25,267 nucleotides of DNA, taken from IMG/VR virus record IMGVR_UViG_2684622620_000017, positions 1 to 25,267 of that record. The stretch is one strand, 5' to 3'. The DNA is from a virus. Taxonomy: Duplodnaviria; Heunggongvirae; Uroviricota; Caudoviricetes. The translations under genes were made by a program, and so were the position numbers. Positions within the stretch are counted from its first letter, which is position 1; each line of letters opens with the position of its first letter. Positions 9,290 through 16,755 of this stretch are shown here, in pieces. Below the pieces are notes generated by a model that was not told the DNA's origin, made no database searches, and saw only the letters and a program-made list of their open reading frames with translations.

Positions 9290-9523
9290 ATGCGCATTGA
9301 AATAATGATCGATAAAGAGCAGAAGATTAGCCAGTCTACCCTGGACGCCCTTGAATCCGAGCTTTACCGCAATCTGCGCCCCCTGTATCCCAAAACGGTA
9401 ATTCGCATTCGCAAAGGTAGCTCTAACGGTGTGGAACTAACCGGACTGCAACTGGATGAAGAAAGAAAACAAGTGATGAAAATTATGCAGAAGGTGTGGG
9501 AGGACGACAGCTGGCTGCATTAA
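9290..9523 (+). CDS. DinI-family protein (damage-inducible, RecA modulator type)
   Basis: 77-aa protein MRIEIMIDKEQKISQSTLDALESELYRNL...QKVWEDDSWL has the DinI family pattern (MRIE... start, acidic C-terminus ending in W); GAGGTG RBS; downstream of the LexA box. Confidence 0.75.
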   Translation: MRIEIMIDKEQKISQSTLDALESELYRNLRPLYPKTVIRIRKGSSNGVELTGLQLDEERKQVMKIMQKVWEDDSWLH

Positions 9524-9531
9524 GAAATGTT

Positions 9532-9566
9532 GCCCCCAGGAGGATTCATTCTGATGGGGGCTAGTT
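9532..9566 (+). terminator. Candidate intrinsic terminator after the DinI-like gene
   Basis: GC-rich inverted repeat GCCCCCA (9532-9538) / TGGGGGC (9555-9561) followed by TAGTTTG; the loop is long (16 nt), so this is a weak call. Confidence 0.3.
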
Positions 9567-9715
9567 TGGGCAATGAGTGAAATAAGGCGTAAGGTGGGCG
9601 GTTATTTTGATAAGTGATCGTCCGCTTTGTGTCAGAAGCAGAAGTGGGAGTGTCTGAGACTCTCTAAAAGTTGATGATTCACTTACAAAACCATTTTCCT
9701 GATGGATGCTTACAC

Positions 9716-10051
9716 TTACGAATGATCATTCTGTTTAGTCTTCATGAGAAAATCCCGAATCTTTGCCAAGTTTGAATTTTCGGGGATTGAATCCATGTAC
9801 GGATCACGCTCAAACACTAATTGCTCAGATTCAACGAAAGCCTGCCACTCTACTGGGTCTAGCTCAAATCCCATTGCTGTCATATCACTTTCATCTTCCC
9901 CCTCGATCCAGTGGACTAAATAAAACAATTCATCATCAGGAGAATCATCCTCACCATCAACAATATCAACATCGGTTACAGTGATACGTAGGGTGGGATC
10001 GATTTTTGAAACATAAATTCCTAACTGTGGTATAGGGGGAATATTGTTCAT
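9716..10051 (-). CDS. Small, strongly acidic hypothetical protein (111 aa)
   Basis: AGGAG RBS about 8 nt upstream of the ATG at 10051; translation is rich in Asp/Glu (e.g. DVDIVDGEDDSPDDELF, EGEDESD); lies in the accessory region between the DinI-like gene and the cos-like motif. Confidence 0.6.
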   Translation of the reverse strand: MNNIPPIPQLGIYVSKIDPTLRITVTDVDIVDGEDDSPDDELFYLVHWIEGEDESDMTAMGFELDPVEWQAFVESEQLVFERDPYMDSIPENSNLAKIRDFLMKTKQNDHS

Positions 10052-10299
10052 GGAAACTCCTTTTATTGGTGTTTGCTATTTGAATAAAAATACGCCAAAC
10101 AGAGTGTTAACTGTGAATATGGAAAGAATCGTTGTAAGTACCCCGCTTAGGTGTCCCATTCTATTTTAGAGGTTCTCGTGCATATGGATTATGTTATCTG
10201 AAAGTTAACTTCCGCTTCCCGTTCACAGCGAACATTCATCTTTGTAAACCCGTATGATCCGTTTTTCAAGTGGCCATTCAGATACGGATTTTCACTTCC

Positions 10300-10329
10300 T
10301 TGACAGTGCATGACTATGCTGCATGAAAT
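10300..10329 (+). promoter_or_regulatory. Candidate sigma70 promoter in the accessory intergenic region
   Basis: Perfect -35 TTGACA at 10300-10305, 17-18-nt spacer, weak -10 (ATGAAA/TGAAAT) at about 10323-10329. Confidence 0.3.
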
Positions 10330-10363
10330 CGCATGATCGATTGAGGATCGTCTTTGCTCAGAT

Positions 10364-10386
10364 CCGCCAGAACTGGCGGGCTTTTG
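10364..10386 (+). terminator. Candidate intrinsic terminator (hairpin plus T-run) about 35 nt downstream of the candidate promoter
   Basis: CCGCCAG aa CTGGCGG inverted repeat (10364-10379) followed by GCTTTTG (10380-10386). Confidence 0.35.
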
Positions 10387-10430
10387 CTCATGTTATGCAT
10401 GTGCATGAAAACCACTGCATAAAGCGGGCA

Positions 10431-10449
10431 GGCGTGGCGGGGATACGAG
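10431..10449. other. cos-like motif (possible cohesive-end site)
   Basis: GGCGTGGCGGGGA matches the first 13 nt of the 19-nt cohesive end of 186/P2 as I recall it (GGCGTGGCGGGGAAAGCAT / GGCGAGGCGGGGAAAGCAC), then diverges; lies between the A-side accessory genes and the portal gene, as cos does in P2. Confidence 0.3.
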
Positions 10450-10582
10450 CGCGCGTTATGACAAATAGATGATTAGCCTGATTTATTTACAGCTGTATAA
10501 ATGATCACCTTGTAATTAGGTAAGTAATGTCTTCTATTATCATTGATTTGATAGGATTAATCTGTTTTTTGAGGATTAGAGG

Positions 10583-12919
10583 ATGATTGAAGAGGTAGTT
10601 ATTGACAAGGTAGGCTCATATAATGGCCCTACGCAGCTTTTACATGGACTTTCTAAATTTAACTATTTATATGGAGCTAATGGTGCAGGTAAAACAACTA
10701 TAAGTAAAATTATTAATGACCCTGAACAATATCCAACATGTCCGATTAAATGGAAAAATAATATATCTTTAATAAGCTACGTATATAATAAAGATTTTGT
10801 TGAAAGAAATTTTAGTCAAGATAAAATTAAAGGTGTATTTACCCTTGGTAGCGATCTTAAGGAGGATGAAGAGAAACTAATATCTCTTAAAGAAGAAAAA
10901 AATAAGCTAATGGAATCTATTATAGCAAAGGAAAAGTTAATAGATGGTGGTGATAATGAATTAGGCGTTATTAAAAAAATCGAAGACCATGAAAAATCTT
11001 TTAAAGATTCATGTTGGAAGCAAAAAGTAAAACATGACAATGTGTTCTCAAAGGCTTTTGAGGGATTAAGGAATAGTAGTGAAAAATTTAAAGCCAGAGT
11101 GTTGGCTGAGTATGAAAATAATACATCAGAAGTTTGCTCAATAGCAGAGTTAATTGAGAAAGCAAAAATTGTTTTTTCTACTGAATTGACATCACATGTA
11201 TCAATTACAATTCCATCCTTCAATGGGATAGATGATATTTTGAGTAGGGAAATTTGGAGTGAGCGTATTCTAGGGAAAAAAGACGTTAGTGTTTCAGACT
11301 TAATTACAATGCTCAATAATAGTGATTGGGTTAAGGAGGGTTTAACATATTTCAGTAAATCTAATCCCAAGTGCCCATTCTGCCAGCAGGATGTAAATGA
11401 TAATGTATTTGATAATCTTTCATCATATTTTGATAAAACATATGAGTTAAAAAAAAGAGAAATCGATGCATTGGTTTTACAATATGAATATCAACTTAAT
11501 AATATCTTGAAGGCGATAGATGATATAAGGGCGATTAAATCTCCATTCATAAATTATGAAGTGTTTGAGGATAAGGCTAAGATAGTATTATCTGAATTAA
11601 ACAAGAATTTTGAATTGGCAAAAAATAAACGCAATTTTTTAAGTGAATCAGTTCATTTTAGTGACTTAAGTGAAGTTGTTGATGATTTTATTTCTTTTTT
11701 GAATGATTCAAATCTATTGATAGATAATAATAACAAAATACATAGTAATAGAAAGGTAGAGGCTAGTAATCTTTCTAAGCAGATATGGGCATATATCGTA
11801 AAGGTGGAGTTAAAGTCTGAAATAACTTCTTACCGTAGCAAATCTGATAAATTTAATAGGACGTTACAAGGACTTAAATCTGGGATAGAAGAAGACAAAA
11901 AGAAGTTAATGTTAAATACTTCGGCTATTGAGGCAATTGAGTCTAATAAAACCAGTACTCTTCCAACTATTACAAAAATTAACAAGATTCTGGACTCTTA
12001 TGGCTTCAAAAATTTTTACTTAAAACCCTCCGAAGATAAAAAGCATTATATGATAGTGAGAGATAGTGGAGATAATGCTCGTACAACCCTTAGTGAGGGA
12101 GAAAAGACATTTATCACTTTTTTGTACTTTTATAGCCTTGTTAGAGGGAGTGATAATGCATCAGGTGTTTTAGATGATCGTGTTGTAGTATTTGATGATC
12201 CAATTTCAAGTTTAGATAGTGATATTCTGTTTATTGTAAGTTCGTTGATTAAAGATTTAATGGAGGATGTTCGTAAGGATGAAGGAAATATTAAGCAAAT
12301 TATATTCCTTACTCATAATATTTATTTTCATAAAGAGTTGACTTTTAATACCAAAAGATCCGGTAATCAAGCAATGAAAGAGGAGACTTTTTGGATTGTA
12401 AGGAAAAAAGGGAAGGTTTCATATCTTGAAAAGTGCGAATCAAACCCAATAAAAACGTCTTATGATTTGCTCTGGTGCGAATTGAGAAGAACAGACATTA
12501 ATAATAATACTATACAAAATACAATGCGAAGGATTTTGGAGAATTACTTTAAGATATTAGGTGGGATGGATATTAGGAAGCTTGAGTGTCATTTTTATGG
12601 TGATGAAAAAATCATATTTAAATCTTTAGTGTCATGGATTAATGATGGTTCTCATTTTGCAGGTGATGATCTTTATATGAATTTAGATACGGAGTCTGTG
12701 CAAAAATATTTAATTGTTTTTCAGAAGATATTTGAATGTAGTGAGCATACTGCCCATTACAAAATGATGATGGGTGAGTTTTATAAACCGTTAAATGAGT
12801 CACTTCATCTACAAAATGAGTTTGATATAGATGATAGTGCGAATGATGAGTATGCTTCGTCAAAAATTGAGATAAAAGATGGAATAAACACATCTCTACA
12901 TAGCAACACATATTTGTAA
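10583..12919 (+). CDS. AT-rich 778-aa ABC-type (Rad50/SMC-like) ATPase with coiled-coil insertion and CxxC motif; RloC/PrrC-like candidate anticodon nuclease / abortive-infection protein
   Basis: Walker A GANGAGKTT near the N-terminus; ABC signature-like LSEGEKT, Walker B/D-loop VVVFDDPISSLD and H-loop FLTHN about 480-560 aa downstream; long Lys/Glu-rich, likely coiled-coil insertion with a central CPFC (zinc-hook-like); C-terminal region has RRILE (R-x3-E) followed by conserved His candidates, reminiscent of the PrrC Arg-Glu-His nuclease triad; strong RBS GAGGATTAGAGG. Confidence 0.6.
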   Translation: MIEEVVIDKVGSYNGPTQLLHGLSKFNYLYGANGAGKTTISKIINDPEQYPTCPIKWKNNISLISYVYNKDFVERNFSQDKIKGVFTLGSDLKEDEEKLISLKEEKNKLMESIIAKEKLIDGGDNELGVIKKIEDHEKSFKDSCWKQKVKHDNVFSKAFEGLRNSSEKFKARVLAEYENNTSEVCSIAELIEKAKIVFSTELTSHVSITIPSFNGIDDILSREIWSERILGKKDVSVSDLITMLNNSDWVKEGLTYFSKSNPKCPFCQQDVNDNVFDNLSSYFDKTYELKKREIDALVLQYEYQLNNILKAIDDIRAIKSPFINYEVFEDKAKIVLSELNKNFELAKNKRNFLSESVHFSDLSEVVDDFISFLNDSNLLIDNNNKIHSNRKVEASNLSKQIWAYIVKVELKSEITSYRSKSDKFNRTLQGLKSGIEEDKKKLMLNTSAIEAIESNKTSTLPTITKINKILDSYGFKNFYLKPSEDKKHYMIVRDSGDNARTTLSEGEKTFITFLYFYSLVRGSDNASGVLDDRVVVFDDPISSLDSDILFIVSSLIKDLMEDVRKDEGNIKQIIFLTHNIYFHKELTFNTKRSGNQAMKEETFWIVRKKGKVSYLEKCESNPIKTSYDLLWCELRRTDINNNTIQNTMRRILENYFKILGGMDIRKLECHFYGDEKIIFKSLVSWINDGSHFAGDDLYMNLDTESVQKYLIVFQKIFECSEHTAHYKMMMGEFYKPLNESLHLQNEFDIDDSANDEYASSKIEIKDGINTSLHSNTYL

Positions 12920-12930
12920 TTTTATTACAA

Positions 12931-12960
12931 TTGCCAGTAGCAACAATACGGTACTGGCAA
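12931..12960. terminator. Hairpin between convergent genes (ATPase gene and portal gene Q); possible bidirectional terminator
   Basis: 9-bp inverted repeat TTGCCAGTA (12931-12939) / TACTGGCAA (12952-12960) with a 12-nt loop in the 49-bp gap between the two stop codons; AT-rich flanks. Confidence 0.35.
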
Positions 12961-12968
12961 CTAATATT

Positions 12969-14000
12969 TTAGTTAAGCTCATATGGAGAAAATTCTATAA
13001 GTTTTTCCCCGAGCCATGCATTAATTTCTCTAAATCGTTTTTGCAAAGGAATTAATTCATTTATCACAAAAACCTTACTAGCCTTCTCCACATCCCCAAA
13101 CCCCCCGACATTATTAGGCATAATCCCCATCATTTGCGGTGGAACGCGGTGTGCCGCCATCATGTCATCGCGACTAACATTTTTGATATTCAGAAACTCA
13201 TCCTTCGCTGCGACTTCTGATAACGGGATAATCTGAAGCCCGTCCTTTTTGCCGTTAGGTGAGTACATAAACAGGTTGCGGAAGTTGCCCGGCCCTTTGG
13301 CGCTTTTCATCGCATTGCGGAGGTTGTTCACATCCTCCTGGTTTTGCGCGGCATCGGTCATGTACATGATAAAGCCCGCATGACTGCCGTTAATGTAATA
13401 CTTGCGACGGAACAGCGTGGCGGACTCGTTGAGCAGGGCTGACGGAATGGCAGAAAGATAACCGGGCAGGCCGTAGATCTCCTGATTAATATCCGGTTCC
13501 ATCAGATGAAAAATGCTGCCTTTCGTGAACTGATACGGCTGGGTTGTCATACCGTATTGCACAAACCAGTAGGTATCCAGGTCTAATCCGCGTCGGGTGT
13601 ATTTTGCCAGCGCAGGTTCAAGGGCGATCACTTCACCGAAGCGGTTCGTGCGTTTCTCCAGATAGGCGTTGCCAAATACCAGATAGTCCTGCACAAAACG
13701 CGAAAAAGCTTGCTGGCTGAGCAGAGGATGAGGGATATAGGTACTGGTCAGAATGTTGCACTTTACTGCAATCGGGGAACTGTGATGCACGGCAGCGCGG
13801 AAGGTGCGCGCCAGTCCGTCAAAGCTGACGGGCGGCTCATACCAACGGTCCATCTGTACGCATTCCACATAGTCCAGTAATTCTCGGCGGTCCAGAACAG
13901 GAACGGGATCGCCGAAGCTGAATGCTTCGGCTGAAGTTTGGTTTTTATGCTGGATCTGATTCGTCGCCGCAGTGCGGTTTTTCTTACTCTTTCCCATCAA
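12969..14000 (-). CDS. Q: Portal (capsid vertex) protein, P2 gpQ type
   Basis: 343-aa ORF, the first gene of the leftward Q-P packaging operon; size and position fit P2 Q; start overlaps the P stop. Confidence 0.85.
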   Translation of the reverse strand: MMGKSKKNRTAATNQIQHKNQTSAEAFSFGDPVPVLDRRELLDYVECVQMDRWYEPPVSFDGLARTFRAAVHHSSPIAVKCNILTSTYIPHPLLSQQAFSRFVQDYLVFGNAYLEKRTNRFGEVIALEPALAKYTRRGLDLDTYWFVQYGMTTQPYQFTKGSIFHLMEPDINQEIYGLPGYLSAIPSALLNESATLFRRKYYINGSHAGFIMYMTDAAQNQEDVNNLRNAMKSAKGPGNFRNLFMYSPNGKKDGLQIIPLSEVAAKDEFLNIKNVSRDDMMAAHRVPPQMMGIMPNNVGGFGDVEKASKVFVINELIPLQKRFREINAWLGEKLIEFSPYELN

Positions 14001-15763
14001 AAAATCTCCACAATATTGCTGGTATTGGCGGACTCGCCCTGCAGCGGTTCGTTAAACAGTGCGTGCATCGTTGCCCAGGCCAGATCGGCGTGGCTGGCTT
14101 CTTCGCTGCGGCTGGCTTCATAGGTTGGGCGGTTGCCACTGGCGGTGGTTGCGCGACGGATTGCCATGAATGACTGCGCAATGTCGGTGTGCCCGGCGTC
14201 AAACTCCAGACGGCGGTGGCTGATAATGTCGTAGGCCTTGAGTACCAGGGCGTTTTTAACGTTGGGGTTGTAGACAAACTCCCGGACGGCAGGAAAGAAC
14301 GCTTTCACGTTCTCGTAAACCCCGTGACCAACGCCGGTTGAGTCGATACCGATATAAGTCACGTTGTACTGCTCGGTAAGTTTTTTGATGGCGTCAGCCT
14401 GGGCGCGGAAGTCCATCCCGCGCCACTGGTGACGCTCAAGAATGCGGAACTTACCGCCCGGCACGGCTGGCGGTGCCACCACCACGCACCCGGCGCTGTC
14501 GCCGTTTTGCGTACCTTTTGCCGGGTCATAACCGATCCACACTTCGCGCCAGCCAAACGGGCGCAGCGCCAGTGCATGAAAGTCGGTCCAGACTTCCCAG
14601 CTGTCCACCATGCACGCCTGCAGCTCGCTGAGCGGAAACACGGACGCGAGATCGTCCACAAACTCGCACATCAGCAGGTTCTGGTATTCGTCCGGGCTGT
14701 ACTCCATGCGCAACTGGTCGAGATCGAACAGGTTACATCCGCCGCGCACAGCATCTTCCACGGTGACTATCTGGCGGTATTGCCCGTCTGCGCACAGCAG
14801 GCCGGGGGCCAGATTGCTGTGGGACAGGTCGATGTCCACCTTATCGGCTTTGTTGCGCCCACGGTTGAACAGCGCACCGGACCAGAACGGATAAGCACTG
14901 TGTGTCAGGCTGGATGGTGTGGAAAAATAGGTTTGTCGCCATTTTTTGTGAATAGCCATACCGGAAGCCACTTTGCGCAGCTCCTGGAATTTCGGTATCC
15001 AGAAATATTCATCCAGATACAGGTTGCCGTGGTAACTCTGGGCCGTGCGGGCATTGGTGCCGAGGAAGTAAAGCGTAGCCCCGTTAGGAAGCACCATCGG
15101 ATCGCCTTTCAGCTCCACTTCCACTTCTTTGGCGAAGTCGATGATGTACTGTTTAAAGACGTGGGCCTGTGCCTTACTGGCGGAAAGGAAAATCTGGTTA
15201 CGTCCGGTAAGCAGGGCGTCAATCAGGGCTTCACGGGCAAAGTAAAAGGTCGCGCCGATCTGGCGTGACTTCAGCAGGTTGCGGATGCGGTTGGTTTTTC
15301 CGGCTTCCCACCAGTGGCGCTGGTAGTTGAACATGGAGGAATGGAAGATTTCTTCCAGCTTCTCAATCTGTTCATCGGTGAAAACGTTCTTTTCCGGCTG
15401 ACGACGCGGGCCTTTGTTGCGGTTGGCGACGTTAGGGTTTAAGTCGGCTTCGTTGCCGCCATTGTTAAACTTGCCGATCCGCGCGTGGCGCTCCGACTGG
15501 CGCGCCAGCAGGTCAATCTCTTTGAAATCTTTCCTTTCTTTGTGCTCCTTCATGATGAGCTGGCAGTAGCGTGCGGCGGTGGTGAGCTGCATCTGATCCA
15601 GCGGCCCATAGTCACCCCACTTGTCGCGTTTCTTCCAGCTGTGAACGGTTGCAACTTTCTCGCCCAGCATTTCAGCAATGCGGGCTACGCGATATCCCTG
15701 AAAGTACAGCAGCATGGCCTGCCGACGGGGATCGAGATCTGCGGGTGTCAGTGTGGTGTTCAT
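13997..15763 (-). CDS. P: Terminase large (ATPase) subunit, P2 gpP type
   Basis: 588-aa ORF (P2 gpP is about 590 aa); divergent from the O-N-M operon as in P2. Confidence 0.9.
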   Translation of the reverse strand: MNTTLTPADLDPRRQAMLLYFQGYRVARIAEMLGEKVATVHSWKKRDKWGDYGPLDQMQLTTAARYCQLIMKEHKERKDFKEIDLLARQSERHARIGKFNNGGNEADLNPNVANRNKGPRRQPEKNVFTDEQIEKLEEIFHSSMFNYQRHWWEAGKTNRIRNLLKSRQIGATFYFAREALIDALLTGRNQIFLSASKAQAHVFKQYIIDFAKEVEVELKGDPMVLPNGATLYFLGTNARTAQSYHGNLYLDEYFWIPKFQELRKVASGMAIHKKWRQTYFSTPSSLTHSAYPFWSGALFNRGRNKADKVDIDLSHSNLAPGLLCADGQYRQIVTVEDAVRGGCNLFDLDQLRMEYSPDEYQNLLMCEFVDDLASVFPLSELQACMVDSWEVWTDFHALALRPFGWREVWIGYDPAKGTQNGDSAGCVVVAPPAVPGGKFRILERHQWRGMDFRAQADAIKKLTEQYNVTYIGIDSTGVGHGVYENVKAFFPAVREFVYNPNVKNALVLKAYDIISHRRLEFDAGHTDIAQSFMAIRRATTASGNRPTYEASRSEEASHADLAWATMHALFNEPLQGESANTSNIVEIF

Positions 15764-15809
15764 GGCACAAACCTACAGCCTTGAATGACGGCTTTCCCCG
15801 CCTGCGGTT

Positions 15810-15827
15810 TGTGTGGTTGTCGGTACA
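15810..15827. promoter_or_regulatory. TGT-N12-ACA dyad: candidate late-activator (Ogr/B-type) binding site of a late promoter in the P/O divergent region
   Basis: tgtgtggttgtcggtaca; P2-family late promoters carry a TGT-N12-ACA element centred near -55; the centre is about 88 bp upstream of the O start codon. Confidence 0.4.
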
Positions 15828-15905
15828 AATACCGCGCATTGTTTCACTGCCCCCATCACCGCAACCATAAGGCTCCAGTAAGTTTTTTCTAACGGAGCAC
15901 GGCTC

Positions 15906-16739
15906 ATGACAGTGAAAGCAAAGCGTTTTCGCATCGGGGTGGAAGGTGCCACCACCGACGGACGTGAAATCCAGCGTGAATGGCTGGAACAGATGGCAGC
16001 CAGCTACAACCCGGCGGTGTATACCGCGCTGATTAACCTTGAGCACATCAAGTCTTATCTGCCGGACAGCACCTTTAACCGCTACGGCAAGGTGACGGCG
16101 CTGTTTGCTGAAGAAATCACGGAAGGTCCGCTGGCAGGCAAGATGGCGCTGTATGCCGACGTTGAGCCAACGGAGTCCCTGGTGGAACTGGTGAAAAAAG
16201 GCCAGAAATTATTCACCTCTATGGAAGTCAGCCCGAAGTTCGCTGATACGGGCAAAGCCTACCTGGTCGGCCTGGCTGCCACTGATGACCCTGCCAGTCT
16301 GGGTACGGAAATGCTGACATTCAGCGCCAGTGCAGCCCATAACCCGCTGGCAAACCGCAAGCAGAATCCTGCCAATCTTTTTACCGCTGCAGAGGAAACG
16401 GTGATCGAACTGGAAGAAATCCAGGACGACAAACCGTCCCTGTTTGCCCGCGTCACGGCGCTGTTTACCAAAAAAGAGCAGTCCGATGACGCCCGGTTCT
16501 CTGATGTGCATAAGGCCGTGGAGCTGGTCGCCACTGAGCAGCAGAACCTGAGCGCACGCACCGAAAAATCCCTGTCTGAGCAGGAAGAACGTCTGTCTGA
16601 GCTGGAGACTGCCCTGCAGGCACAGCAGACCGCCTTTAACGAACTGGTGAATAAGCTGAGTCATGAAGACAGCCGCCAGGACTACCGCCAGCGTGCAACA
16701 GGCGGTAACGCCCCCGCTGACACTCTGACCAATTGCTGA
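15906..16739 (+). CDS. O: Capsid scaffolding protein, P2 gpO type
   Basis: 277-aa ORF with GGAG RBS; position between P and the capsid gene; acidic, coiled-coil-like C-terminal half typical of scaffolds. Confidence 0.8.
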   Translation: MTVKAKRFRIGVEGATTDGREIQREWLEQMAASYNPAVYTALINLEHIKSYLPDSTFNRYGKVTALFAEEITEGPLAGKMALYADVEPTESLVELVKKGQKLFTSMEVSPKFADTGKAYLVGLAATDDPASLGTEMLTFSASAAHNPLANRKQNPANLFTAAEETVIELEEIQDDKPSLFARVTALFTKKEQSDDARFSDVHKAVELVATEQQNLSARTEKSLSEQEERLSELETALQAQQTAFNELVNKLSHEDSRQDYRQRATGGNAPADTLTNC

Positions 16740-16755
16740 TGGAGCACAAAACCTG

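Noticed and set aside
10816-11370. 184-aa minus-strand ORF inside the 778-aa ATPase gene
   Set aside because: Ser/Leu/Phe-rich translation of the antisense strand of an AT-rich gene; the plus-strand frame carries Walker A and coiled-coil features.
14429-15268. 279-aa plus-strand ORF (and neighbouring ORFs 14359-14661, 14610-14894) opposite the terminase P gene
   Set aside because: Lies entirely antisense to a well-supported, GC-rich terminase gene; Arg/Ala/His-rich low-complexity translation typical of shadow ORFs; no RBS.
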